A DNA stretch of 45,359 nt from a virus. Lineage: Duplodnaviria; Caudoviricetes. The notes under the pieces are model-generated. The model saw nothing but the letters and a program-made list of their open reading frames with translations. It was not told where the DNA came from and did no database searches. Shown one piece after another: positions 28,317 to 36,948 of this stretch (position 1 is the first letter of the stretch; each line of letters opens with the position of its first letter). The position numbers and the translations under genes are program-made. The stretch is taken from positions 1 through 45,359 of IMG/VR virus record IMGVR_UViG_3300020044_005637; one strand, 5' to 3'.

Positions 28317-28519
28317 ACGTCTAACTCTCCTTGCTCGCCCTCGGTTGCGTTCTCTACAGCAATCTGTCGGCTCAGTGCGTCAACCAATTCGTCTTGGCTT
28401 GCGACCTTGACGTTGATAATTGATCGGGCGACATGACCCAATGCTTGTGAACGATGTGATGCACGAATCAAACGGATAGTCTGGCCGTGTCCTACGATAT
28501 AGATACGCTGCTGTTTCAT
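28313..28519 (-). CDS. Hypothetical protein
   Basis: Coupled ORF; RLIRA...QALGHVA...VASQDELV. Confidence 0.7.
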   Translation of the reverse strand: MKQQRIYIVGHGQTIRLIRASHRSQALGHVARSIINVKVASQDELVDALSRQIAVENATEGEQGELDV

Positions 28520-28836
28520 TTACGGTTTACCTTTTTTGTTTCTCTGTATTCCCACATCCCAGCAAACGCTGGGAACATGAGGTCGAACAGTCGTGCCAAG
28601 TATGGACTGTGGTTGTTGTTGATCTTCCACTCGCTACCTTCTTCTTGGATAGCTGAGTGATGTCTCAACACATGAATGATTGTTCTGGCAGAGTAATGGG
28701 CGAACCCTTTGTGCCGAACCTTCATTGCTTCCCCGACGAATGCATCCCATACGTGGAGATTGTTTGGGAGCCACCCTATGAAATCATCACAGAACAGCTC
28801 CTCATTGTCTTTCATTACCTTGACAATCGGGTGCAT
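28516..28836 (-). CDS. Conserved hypothetical phage protein
   Basis: HYSARTIIHVLR...KINNNHSPYLARLF motif. Confidence 0.7.
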   Translation of the reverse strand: MHPIVKVMKDNEELFCDDFIGWLPNNLHVWDAFVGEAMKVRHKGFAHYSARTIIHVLRHHSAIQEEGSEWKINNNHSPYLARLFDLMFPAFAGMWEYRETKKVNRK

Positions 28837-28838
28837 GG

Positions 28839-29237
28839 TCAGAATGGCAGGTCATCGTCTATGTCTTCAAAGCCGCCTGCCTTGGGCGCAGGCTCCTTCT
28901 TCTCGGCTGGCTTGCGTTGGCCTCCGCTAATAAGCTCAATCTCCCCGACAGATCCAGCCAGTTTTACACTGTTGCTGCCGTCCTTTTTCTTGAACTCTTC
29001 TGTGTGTGGGTCATTGATAACGGCGTACACCAACTGTCCCTTCACCAAGTATTCAGCTAAGGCAGAGGCTCGCTTACCCCAGAGACTTGCATCTACCCAC
29101 TGTGTTGGTCGATTGCCGTCTTCGGCTTTACGACCGTAGCCGTAGGCCAAGGACAGATTGCACACCGCTTCGCCATGCGGAGTCGTTCTGACTTCAGCGT
29201 CACGGCCAATGCGAAAAACACCAGATATATTTGCCAT
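28839..29237 (-). CDS. ssb: Single-stranded DNA-binding protein
   Basis: RIGRDAEVR OB-fold start; acidic tail DIDDDLPF. Confidence 0.9.
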   Translation of the reverse strand: MANISGVFRIGRDAEVRTTPHGEAVCNLSLAYGYGRKAEDGNRPTQWVDASLWGKRASALAEYLVKGQLVYAVINDPHTEEFKKKDGSNSVKLAGSVGEIELISGGQRKPAEKKEPAPKAGGFEDIDDDLPF

Positions 29238-29239
29238 TG

Positions 29240-29860
29240 TTAATCCTTCAATTTAAAAAGAGTTGTTGCAGTTAATTCGAGCTTTGGTGGTTGGGATTTC
29301 TTTTCTCTTGGTGGCTCTACTTGGGCTACCACCCAACACCAAAAGTCAGCCAGCCGCAGATGCAACCAGTCCCAATACTCCTTCGATCTGTCAATCCTTG
29401 TGACAGCCATAACGTCGGGTGTCCAGACTACGAATTCGCAGTAGTCCCTTTGCGTGATTTCCATAAGCCCCTGCATTTGCGCCATGTAATAGGGCGGGAC
29501 TTCTGGGTAGACAATTTGCGAATACGGGCACTTGACCTCACCCATCCCCTTATCCCCAACAAAAAAATCGGGTGAACCGCCAATCCAAGCCATCTCCGGA
29601 TGGGGTATAAATCCCACCAGACTGACAGAAGACGCATCCTCAACGCACCTCTTGCTGTACTCAGCAACTGCCTCAGCCTCATGCTCCTCTCCCCAATGTG
29701 ATGCAGGGTTTCCTTCAAATGGTTCTTCCAATCCCATGATTCTTCTCCAGAGTTGTTGGCGAGAACCCGGGCCGAGGCCAGCGGCCTGTCCGAAAGAGGA
29801 GGCTGTCAGCTTCCCCTCTCTGTCTTTGTGCCATTGCTCTGTTCGCTGGTGCGGGTTCAT
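29240..29860 (-). CDS. YqaJ/lambda-type 5'-3' exonuclease
   Basis: QRTEQW...R.GKLTAS; WG.EHE; GGSPD; EVKCP; YMAQMQ. Confidence 0.9.
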   Translation of the reverse strand: MNPHQRTEQWHKDREGKLTASSFGQAAGLGPGSRQQLWRRIMGLEEPFEGNPASHWGEEHEAEAVAEYSKRCVEDASSVSLVGFIPHPEMAWIGGSPDFFVGDKGMGEVKCPYSQIVYPEVPPYYMAQMQGLMEITQRDYCEFVVWTPDVMAVTRIDRSKEYWDWLHLRLADFWCWVVAQVEPPREKKSQPPKLELTATTLFKLKD

Positions 29861-30093
29861 GCTTCTCCTTTGAACTGGAATGAATTCTTGTACTTGCTTG
29901 GCAAGAGCTTCTTTGCATCGACCAAAAGTTTCTTTGGTATTGGCTTGCCATCCAGATCGATGAGCTGGTCAATGATGCTGTAGGTCATGGGCAAGACAAC
30001 CTCCACAATTACAGCGTCCACTGTTGCGTTGGCTAGTTGCACTTTTGCAGCGTCTAGCTGCATTTTTAGTGAATCTACGGCAGAATCTATCAC
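29857..30093 (-). CDS. Hypothetical protein (GTG start, MIDSAVDSLK...)
   Basis: GTGA overlap with the upstream stop at 30090-30093. Confidence 0.55.
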   Translation of the reverse strand: MIDSAVDSLKMQLDAAKVQLANATVDAVIVEVVLPMTYSIIDQLIDLDGKPIPKKLLVDAKKLLPSKYKNSFQFKGEA

Positions 30094-30872
30094 TCCAGAC
30101 CTTTCGCCAGTGCCTTGCAGAACTCCTCCGTCACAGCCTTCTCCTCGTCGGATAACAGAGCAAACTGTCCACGCAATGTCTCCTTGCTCTTGCACTCAGA
30201 TAGTCTGCGCTTCAATTCATCTACCTGTTCAGCAGTCATCTTGGCCTTGATCTCTGGCTTGGCTGCGCCAGCCTTGGCCGCCTCTGCTTTGCGGTCATTG
30301 ACGTACTTGTTGTCGTCGTACAGGCCGAGGTAGATGTCCGCAGAGAATCCCAGCATTGACAGAGCCTTGCCGATAGCATCTGTTAAGGATTTCTTGGGAG
30401 CCTCTTCGTCCGTGAAGTAGCCGTTCTTGTTCTTGCCGACGAAGGTGGTTTGGCCGAAGTGTTCGACCGTCCCGCTGCCGATATGGATCGGCGTTCCCTC
30501 CCCGTTCTCTAAGAAGATTGGGTAGGTCAGATGGATGCGAACAAAGTGAATAGTCTCGTTGGCGACCGCAACCTTGCGGATCTCTTGCTTTGTTAGTACA
30601 CGCTCACCTTTGCTGTCGAGTGTCCATTCTTCGGTGACCTCTTCGGCAATGATTGGTGTACCCTGCATCAGTCCTTGTTCAACAATCTTGACAGACCAGA
30701 GGTGACCCATTGGCCCCCAAAGTTCTGTCGCTTTGCGGATTTGGTAGGTATGATTGATGGCCGTGCCTGAGAAACCACCGCCTCGGCTGAATGCCTTAAC
30801 GTGCCGTGGGTCTGTTGTGCATGTGGCATTCCACACATTCAAGAAGCTGCTGTTGTTTACTGCGTCTGACAT
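30090..30872 (-). CDS. Rad52/Sak-like single-strand annealing protein
   Basis: ATELWGPMG..W and KKSLTDAIGKALSMLGFSADIY motifs; grouped with exonuclease and SSB. Confidence 0.65.
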   Translation of the reverse strand: MSDAVNNSSFLNVWNATCTTDPRHVKAFSRGGGFSGTAINHTYQIRKATELWGPMGHLWSVKIVEQGLMQGTPIIAEEVTEEWTLDSKGERVLTKQEIRKVAVANETIHFVRIHLTYPIFLENGEGTPIHIGSGTVEHFGQTTFVGKNKNGYFTDEEAPKKSLTDAIGKALSMLGFSADIYLGLYDDNKYVNDRKAEAAKAGAAKPEIKAKMTAEQVDELKRRLSECKSKETLRGQFALLSDEEKAVTEEFCKALAKGLE

Positions 30873-30924
30873 TTGGTTCCTTTCGTTGACAATGTGTAAA
30901 GCACTTACCTTTTAAGGTAGGCAA

Positions 30925-30953
30925 ACTATACATGAATCGCCGATGATTGTACA
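30925..30953 (-). promoter_or_regulatory. Candidate sigma70 promoter of the recombination operon
   Basis: TGTACA-17 nt-TATAGT on the minus strand; an overlapping CTTACA-17-TACAAT lies just upstream. Confidence 0.4.
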
Positions 30954-31014
30954 GTGATTTGACGAATTTGTAAGCAAAGACCAACTAAACCAAATGGATA
31001 ATGGTTTACCCCGC

Positions 31015-31043
31015 TTGCATTTTATTTCCCAATCAACGACACT
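31015..31043 (+). promoter_or_regulatory. Candidate sigma70 promoter of the replication operon
   Basis: TTGCAT-17 nt-GACACT. Confidence 0.4.
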
Positions 31044-31050
31044 CTCGTCC

Positions 31051-31161
31051 GCAGGGTAGGTTCTTGGTCGCTCCGAGGGCTGAAAGCACTGGTAGTTTTT
31101 TCCTTTCGACCAGTGTTCCCTGTCCCTTCGGGGTTTCAAAAGAAAGGCGAGAAAGGACTCC
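31051..31161 (+). promoter_or_regulatory. Structured 5' leader with anti-SD
   Basis: Stems GCAGGG/CCCTGT and GCACTGGT/ACCAGTGT; loop TCCTTTC complementary to SD GAAAGGA; CCC-TTCG-GGG tetraloop. Confidence 0.55.
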
Positions 31162-31821
31162 ATGTTCAGTTATCAATTTCACATCAGGGACTACCTGACA
31201 AAGACAAGGCATCTCAGCCTGACCGAAGACTTGGCGTACCGTCGACTGATGGACGTGTACTACACAGAAGAAAAGCCACTACCTTTTCAACCGGAAGACT
31301 GCGCTCGGCTAATTGCGATGCGTGAGTATTCGGATGACGTTAACCGTGTGTTGCAGGAATTCTTCATCCAGTCGGATGACGGATGGAGGAACGACCGGTG
31401 CGACTACGAGATCGAGAAGTACCACGGTAAAGCTGAATCAGCCAGACGTGCGAACAAAGCCAAGATAGAAAAGAAAACTCTGAAATCAGAACTGAAATCA
31501 GAACCATTTCAGGACGCAACCCAGAAACCCAAGAACCCAAGAACCCAGAAACCCACACCTATCGTTGAGGGCTTTGATTCTTTTTGGTCTGCCTACCCAC
31601 GCAAGGTGGCGAAGGCTGAGGCACAGAAATCTTTTAACAAGATCAGACCAGATACTGAGACGCTGAACCAGATGCTTGCGTCCCTTGCGAAGTCACGCCA
31701 ATCTACAGACTGGCTGAAAGACAACGGCCAATTCATCCCATTCCCAAGTACGTGGCTGAACCAACGTAGATGGGAGGACGAATCCTCCGAGCAACCAATT
31801 CAATTTGAGGGAATGTTATGA
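31162..31821 (+). CDS. Replication initiator, DUF1376/YdaU family
   Basis: YQFHIRDY...HLS..EDLAYRRLMD.YY; C-terminal FWSAYPRKVAK and IPFPSTWLNQRRWED. Confidence 0.85.
   Translation: MFSYQFHIRDYLTKTRHLSLTEDLAYRRLMDVYYTEEKPLPFQPEDCARLIAMREYSDDVNRVLQEFFIQSDDGWRNDRCDYEIEKYHGKAESARRANKAKIEKKTLKSELKSEPFQDATQKPKNPRTQKPTPIVEGFDSFWSAYPRKVAKAEAQKSFNKIRPDTETLNQMLASLAKSRQSTDWLKDNGQFIPFPSTWLNQRRWEDESSEQPIQFEGML
31480..31554 (+). repeat. Iteron-like repeats inside the initiator gene (candidate replication origin)
   Basis: CTGAAATCAGAA x2, then 8-bp units CCAGAAAC/CCAAGAAC x4; lambdoid origins sit at this position. Confidence 0.6.
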
Positions 31822-32036
31822 CCGACTTCAACAGACGAACAGAGATTGAGGACAAGCTGACCAGCCTTGAGGAAAGAATCAGTTCACTGCAAGAAAGACT
31901 GGACAAGTATTACGTGTCTGGCTGGAACAGTGCACTAGAGATGGCGGCCTTCAATATCGAGCATGGATTCGCCAAGGCATTTGGAAAGGACACTCTGTCC
32001 AGTATATCAACCTATATCAGGGAGATGAAGAAATGA
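31818..32036 (+). CDS. Hypothetical protein
   Basis: Coupled ORF; GWNSALEMAA. Confidence 0.65.
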   Translation: MTDFNRRTEIEDKLTSLEERISSLQERLDKYYVSGWNSALEMAAFNIEHGFAKAFGKDTLSSISTYIREMKK

Positions 32037-32266
32037 AATTCAAAAAGAAGCCTGTGGTAATCGAGGCCACCCAATGGTTCAAGATGGGAGACCACCCGAA
32101 AGTTGTTATTGAATTTCAGGGAAAACCGATGCCGCCTTATGTCTGGACTCTTGAGGGTTTAATGCAAGTTACCCCCGGCGACTGGATCATCACTGGCGTG
32201 AAGGGTGAACACTACCCTTGCAAGCCTGACATCTTTGAAATGACATACGAGAGGGTTGAAGAGTGA
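32033..32266 (+). CDS. Conserved small phage protein (KKPVVIEA...PGDWII...YPCKPDIF)
   Basis: Widely distributed phage motif; function unknown to me. Confidence 0.8.
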   Translation: MKFKKKPVVIEATQWFKMGDHPKVVIEFQGKPMPPYVWTLEGLMQVTPGDWIITGVKGEHYPCKPDIFEMTYERVEE

Positions 32267-32619
32267 ATGTTGTGAAACCTCCAACACACAGAGGGAAGAA
32301 GCTAATAAAAATCAATGCCATCTCTCAGGCTCAGCTTATCAAAGCCATGCTAGATGGGGTCTACACCTGTCGTGAACTTGCTGAGGAGACGGGCTTGCAT
32401 TACGTAACCGTACTTCAATACGCAAGAGAACTTCACGCTGCCGGTGCTGCTCACATCTGTGCTTGGGATAAGGACAGTAGAGGAAGAGATGTCATCAAGA
32501 TATACAAGATTGGTGATGGCAAGGATGCCAAGCGCAAGAAGATGACTGCGGCAGAGCGTCAGGCGAAGAGCAGAGAAAGACGATTCAATATGGACATGAT
32601 GCAAAGGATGGCGGCATGA
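32263..32619 (+). CDS. Winged-HTH DNA-binding protein
   Basis: TCRELAEETGLHYVTVLQY. Confidence 0.7.
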   Translation: MNVVKPPTHRGKKLIKINAISQAQLIKAMLDGVYTCRELAEETGLHYVTVLQYARELHAAGAAHICAWDKDSRGRDVIKIYKIGDGKDAKRKKMTAAERQAKSRERRFNMDMMQRMAA

Positions 32620-32714
32620 TGATTGAAATTGCTGTTTTGATTATTAGCCTTGTCTGGACTTACGTGCTTGGCTACGTGCATGGAGCAGAACAAGAGAGGA
32701 ATAAACATGATTGA
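32616..32714 (+). CDS. 32-aa single-TM peptide; not in the ORF track
   Basis: MMIEIAVLIISLVWTYVLGYVHGAEQERNKHD; ATGA-coupled and fills the gap. Confidence 0.5.
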   Translation: MMIEIAVLIISLVWTYVLGYVHGAEQERNKHD

Positions 32715-33165
32715 AGTATTGAAACAGGAGCCTGTGGCGTATATCAATGTTGAAAAACGCATACTTGAGTGGGCTAAATTAACAAGTTGGGAAACGCCAA
32801 CAGTAGTTAATCTGCCAAAGATACCCCTCTACACTCATCCACCACAGCGCACAGAGCCTGTATGCCCCGAATGCAAAGCAGAAGTTCTTTATGAGTGCGT
32901 TGCTTGTAGTCGCAACAACTACCCACCACAGCGCACAGAGCCGCCAGATTGGTTTCCCGCCGTTGAGAATATTCTTAATGAATATGGATTGCAAGCAATA
33001 GATTTTGTTGCTGATTTTAAAGCAGCGATGAAAGACGCGGAAAAATCACAGCGCACATGGGTAGGGCTGACAGATGAGGAGATAGATGGAATTACTTGCG
33101 TCAAATGGGAAGAACGTGGACAAATTCGAGCCATTGAAGCCAAACTCAAGGAGAAGAACACATGA
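32707..33165 (+). CDS. Mosaic hypothetical protein with QRT-delimited modules
   Basis: Start reassigned to 32707 (GAGG RBS); QEPVA, PPQRTEP x2, QRTWVGLTDEE, AIEAKLKEKN. Confidence 0.7.
   Translation: MIEVLKQEPVAYINVEKRILEWAKLTSWETPTVVNLPKIPLYTHPPQRTEPVCPECKAEVLYECVACSRNNYPPQRTEPPDWFPAVENILNEYGLQAIDFVADFKAAMKDAEKSQRTWVGLTDEEIDGITCVKWEERGQIRAIEAKLKEKNT
32839..33057 (+). repeat. 20-bp direct repeat CCACCACAGCGCACAGAGCC (32839, 32923) plus 11-bp core at 33047
   Basis: Seen directly in the sequence. Confidence 0.85.
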
Positions 33166-33632
33166 AGAGACCAATGCCTAGCGGAGCCAGTGAAATTCAT
33201 GACTTACGTGTAAGCAAGAAGATGGTTCCGAACGAAATTGTTTTTGTATCAATGGTTGGAGATTTGGTGGATGGCAACTGGGTTGTTTATGTTGACATAA
33301 ACAAAAACCCAGAAAGCTATGAGTGGATTTGGGCGGTCAATCTACAAATCTGTTTGGTTTACGACACATCTGTTCACCGTGACATAGTCAAGCACTATGC
33401 AGAGACAATCGCAAAAGCCAAACCGAATGGCGGCTACATCGCTGGCGATAATTTTCATGGCTATCTGTATCTGTGGAATGTAGACAAGCAAGCCGGAGCG
33501 CACCTAACTTATACACCTGAGATCAATGGAGACATTGAGCTTGGACTGACAACACATCCAGCAGAAGCCGTCTACAGAAGAGTTTATCCATACGAGATGG
33601 AATTTCTAAAAGGGGTAGACAGTGTCAAATGA
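33162..33632 (+). CDS. Hypothetical protein upstream of the helicase
   Basis: Coupled 156-aa ORF. Confidence 0.65.
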   Translation: MKRPMPSGASEIHDLRVSKKMVPNEIVFVSMVGDLVDGNWVVYVDINKNPESYEWIWAVNLQICLVYDTSVHRDIVKHYAETIAKAKPNGGYIAGDNFHGYLYLWNVDKQAGAHLTYTPEINGDIELGLTTHPAEAVYRRVYPYEMEFLKGVDSVK

Positions 33633-34569
33633 AATGATCTTTACAGCAGACAGCATAGACTTTGCTGAATATGCGAGCGAGCCATACGATAAAGAAAAGA
33701 TAGTTGCACCCAAGGCATACAGGGATGAGACCATCGCCTTATTGTCTGGCGGTGAGATGGTCAAGGGTGCGACGCTTCCTTGGCCGAAGACGCATGACCA
33801 TATCAGGTTCAGGGCGGGAGAGGTCAGCCTGTGGATGGGCATCAATGGACATGGTAAGAGTTTGCTAACCAGCCATGTCATGCTGGACTTCCTTCACCAG
33901 AACCAGAAAGTTTGCATCGCTAGTTTTGAGATGAAGCCACGGGCTACGCTTGCTCGTATGTGTAAGCAAGCGGCTGGCAGTCCTTTGCCTACAACAAGGT
34001 TTGTAGATGGGGTACTTGAGCATGCAACCAATCGGCTCTGGCTATACGACAAGATGGGACAGACAGACCCCAATCATCTGTTGTCGATCATGCGGTACGC
34101 AGCGAAGAAACTTGGCGTACAACATTTCGTTGTTGACTCGTTGATGAAGGTAGTCAAAGGTGAGGATGACTACAACGGGCAGAAGAATTTTGTAGATAGC
34201 GTGTGTGCATTTGCTTTGGATTACAACATCCACGTACACATCATCCACCACAGTCGGAAGCTGGGCGACGAGATGCAGGTTCCGGGGAAGATGGATGCCA
34301 AAGGCAGTGGGTCTATCGTAGATCAGGTGGATCAGTGCTTTACTGTGTGGAGAAACAAACGCAAAGAGCAACAGATTCAGGCAGGTAAAGAGGTAGATGA
34401 GGGAACACCAGACGCAGTCTTGGTGTGCGATAAGAATAGGCATGGGGATTGGGAGGGTAGGGTAGGGTTGTTCTATCGATCAGGCGCATGTTCTTACTCG
34501 CAGTCGCCATCGCAGACAACGTACTACAACTACGACAGATACATGTCAAACGAAGGAGTAGAGATATGA
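33622..34569 (+). CDS. SF4 (DnaB/T7 gp4-like) replicative helicase
   Basis: Walker A GINGHGKS; SFEM; Walker B FVVDSL; HHSRK; KGSGSI; KNRHG. Confidence 0.9.
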   Translation: MSNEMIFTADSIDFAEYASEPYDKEKIVAPKAYRDETIALLSGGEMVKGATLPWPKTHDHIRFRAGEVSLWMGINGHGKSLLTSHVMLDFLHQNQKVCIASFEMKPRATLARMCKQAAGSPLPTTRFVDGVLEHATNRLWLYDKMGQTDPNHLLSIMRYAAKKLGVQHFVVDSLMKVVKGEDDYNGQKNFVDSVCAFALDYNIHVHIIHHSRKLGDEMQVPGKMDAKGSGSIVDQVDQCFTVWRNKRKEQQIQAGKEVDEGTPDAVLVCDKNRHGDWEGRVGLFYRSGACSYSQSPSQTTYYNYDRYMSNEGVEI

Positions 34570-34910
34570 ATCCAATGCAGTTGGAATTACATGCAAAAGA
34601 ACTTGCCGCCCAGCTTGCTGGCTATAAGGCCGCCGTTCACTCTCTGTCGTTCGAGCTGGAGATGCTCAAGGACAAGTCGAACAGATCAATTACCCACAAA
34701 GAAATTACACTCATCAGAAAGCATGCGCTGGATCAAGCATCGGAGTTTGTAATGGACTGGGGTGTTCCAAAATCCGGTGAAGACCTCGTTAATCTGTGCG
34801 ACAAAATTAAAAAGCTGAATGAAAAGAAAGTCGACGCTGTTAACAGAGGGGCTGCGGTCGCATACGAATTTTTTGCAACCGAACACACTAGCGGAGTAAG
34901 AAAGTTATGA
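34566..34910 (+). CDS. Hypothetical protein
   Basis: ATGA-coupled start at 34566. Confidence 0.6.
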   Translation: MNPMQLELHAKELAAQLAGYKAAVHSLSFELEMLKDKSNRSITHKEITLIRKHALDQASEFVMDWGVPKSGEDLVNLCDKIKKLNEKKVDAVNRGAAVAYEFFATEHTSGVRKL

Positions 34911-35167
34911 AAGACATCGCAGATCTTAAAGATCAGTTGCGTGAAGAGCAGCGCAAAAAGAACAGAGAAGAGATGCCGGAGATTGCTAAGTTAATGGATC
35001 AGATTAACGCAAAGTATCCCGGGTCAAAGTTAATCTGGGCGAAAGATTATGCGACAGGCAAGGAGATTGGCAAGAGATCGATTGAGAAGAGCGTGTTTGT
35101 AATTCCAGAAAACTATAGACCATCGGAGGTGACAGATGTACGAAAAGGCAGAAGCAAGACTCGCTGA
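34907..35167 (+). CDS. Hypothetical protein
   Basis: Coupled ORF in the operon. Confidence 0.6.
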   Translation: MKDIADLKDQLREEQRKKNREEMPEIAKLMDQINAKYPGSKLIWAKDYATGKEIGKRSIEKSVFVIPENYRPSEVTDVRKGRSKTR

Positions 35168-35474
35168 GATGCGAGACAAGTCCGCACTGTTTTCAGAAGC
35201 AGTTGCAGAAAAGAACTACCTTGAAAAATTCAGGGAGTCACAGCTCGCAATCCTGATGAAAGAGTACGAGACCTTGGGGCACAAGACCTCGGCAGCGCAG
35301 GAGCGAGAGGCACGTGCTGACAACAGATACATTTCTGTTTTGGAAAGCCTGCGTACAGCGACAGAGATTTCGGAGAAGCTACGCTGGGAACTTGAGATCC
35401 TTAAGTTGGGCGTGGCGGTCTGGCAAACCACACAGGCGAACGAACGGATAGAAAGAAAAGGTTACGGGGCATGA
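35136..35474 (+). CDS. Conserved helical protein (possibly UvsY-like)
   Basis: RBS GGAGGTG; SAAQEREARAD motif. Confidence 0.6.
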   Translation: MYEKAEARLAEMRDKSALFSEAVAEKNYLEKFRESQLAILMKEYETLGHKTSAAQEREARADNRYISVLESLRTATEISEKLRWELEILKLGVAVWQTTQANERIERKGYGA

Positions 35475-35704
35475 CAAACGCATTTGACTGGAAGAAGTTC
35501 ACTGATGAGGAACACGCAAAGAATGGTGATCCATTCAAGGAGATTAAGCACAGCGCAAAGATAAGCAAGATGGTTACGAGCAGTGTTCAAAAACTACAGG
35601 ATAAGAATCCTTATCACGGGACAATCATTGGGCTAAGCACCAAGGCTGATGAATCTATCTTTGCTGACAAGAGACGCAAGATCAACAGATCTCTCATCAA
35701 ATGA
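35471..35704 (+). CDS. Hypothetical protein
   Basis: Coupled ORF. Confidence 0.6.
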   Translation: MTNAFDWKKFTDEEHAKNGDPFKEIKHSAKISKMVTSSVQKLQDKNPYHGTIIGLSTKADESIFADKRRKINRSLIK

Positions 35705-36042
35705 AAGTCATTCCGCCATACCTCACATTCAAACAGGCACTGACCAACGGATACGTTGAGCGCATGGAGTCGCCCGTGTACACACGATGGGTAAAGACAT
35801 TGAGATGCGTGAGTTGCAATGCACCGGCAGACGACCCACATCATCCGCACGGATCTGGGTTCAAGGGCATGGGCACGAAGGTTCCGGACTGGTGGGTGAT
35901 ACCCATTTGTCGCACCTGCCATGACGTACTGCACCATGATGTGCATGCGTGGGAGGATGAGCATGGTATGCAACTTGAACACGTAGCACTGACATTACTG
36001 CAAGCAATAAGAGAGGGAGTGCTTCACTTTGGAAAACAATAA
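35701..36042 (+). CDS. DUF968-like Zn-binding HNH-type nuclease
   Basis: CVSC..ADDPHH...GMGTK...IPICRTCH..LH. Confidence 0.8.
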   Translation: MKVIPPYLTFKQALTNGYVERMESPVYTRWVKTLRCVSCNAPADDPHHPHGSGFKGMGTKVPDWWVIPICRTCHDVLHHDVHAWEDEHGMQLEHVALTLLQAIREGVLHFGKQ

Positions 36043-36556
36043 GCCAGTGCGCCGATGCAGTTTTCTCCACTGCGAACATCCGTCTGGGTTCTATGGCTAC
36101 TGCCTCGGACATGAGCCAGAGTTTGTTCGGACAGAATTCGACAGATTAGTGGCTTCCGGGGTGGCAAATCCTTCCCGGCCACCGTGCTACGAGAGTGATC
36201 GCAAATGGAAAGAGTACGTGGTTGCCTTCGTGTGGAGCAGTTCGACAGAGAGGAGATCGAGTGTTCGTATTGAACACTGCCGTGATTGCACCCCATCGTA
36301 CAGGGATGAGCAGTATGCGCTCGGCAAGTGCGAGCATCCTGAGACAGTATTCGTCAGGCCAGATACCGCCAATGGCGGTGTGGTTGGAATACCGAATAAC
36401 AATAAGAGAGACCCAAGAAGATGGGAACAGGCCATGATGGGAATGCTCGGGACTGTGGTTGCACTGCCAAGTACGAAGGCCATAGAGGAAGTGATGGAGA
36501 AGTACGAGTCGTCAAAGCGCAAGTCCGGTAGGCCGAAGAAGGAACAGACCGCATGA
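36029..36556 (+). CDS. Cys-rich hypothetical protein
   Basis: Several C/H clusters (HCRDCTP, KCEHP). Confidence 0.65.
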   Translation: MENNKPVRRCSFLHCEHPSGFYGYCLGHEPEFVRTEFDRLVASGVANPSRPPCYESDRKWKEYVVAFVWSSSTERRSSVRIEHCRDCTPSYRDEQYALGKCEHPETVFVRPDTANGGVVGIPNNNKRDPRRWEQAMMGMLGTVVALPSTKAIEEVMEKYESSKRKSGRPKKEQTA

Positions 36557-36948
36557 TGCTGCCGTACCCGATTAGCACGAACGTGTACTGGCGAACATTC
36601 CGTGGGCGCATGGTCAGGAGCAGTGCCGCTGTTGCGTATAAGGATGAGGTGGGATGGATCGCCCGATCCAATAAGCTGGAGCTGTTCTCTGTTCCGGTGA
36701 TGGTGATGTTGGTTCTCCACCCAGTGCGACCGGCAGATGCGGAGAAGAGAGAAAAGAAAGACAGGCTATGGGGATTGAGTGTGCGAAGGATAGATATTGA
36801 TAACGCACAGAAGGTAGCGTTAGATGCGCTACAAGGGATAGCCTATGAGAATGATAGGCAGATAACGTATCTGTCCATTAAACTTGGACAGCCCATTGCA
36901 GGTGGTGGGCTTCACGTAACTATTGCAGAGGATAAGGACTGGGCATGA
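36553..36948 (+). CDS. rusA: RusA-like Holliday junction resolvase
   Basis: LPYPISTN.YWR; DIDNAQKVALDAL; ENDRQI. Confidence 0.9.
   Translation: MMLPYPISTNVYWRTFRGRMVRSSAAVAYKDEVGWIARSNKLELFSVPVMVMLVLHPVRPADAEKREKKDRLWGLSVRRIDIDNAQKVALDALQGIAYENDRQITYLSIKLGQPIAGGGLHVTIAEDKDWA

Noticed and set aside
32033-32266. Assignment of the PGDW protein as a known anti-defence sponge (Tad2/Acb)
   Set aside because: Motifs do not match those families as I recall them; left as unknown function.
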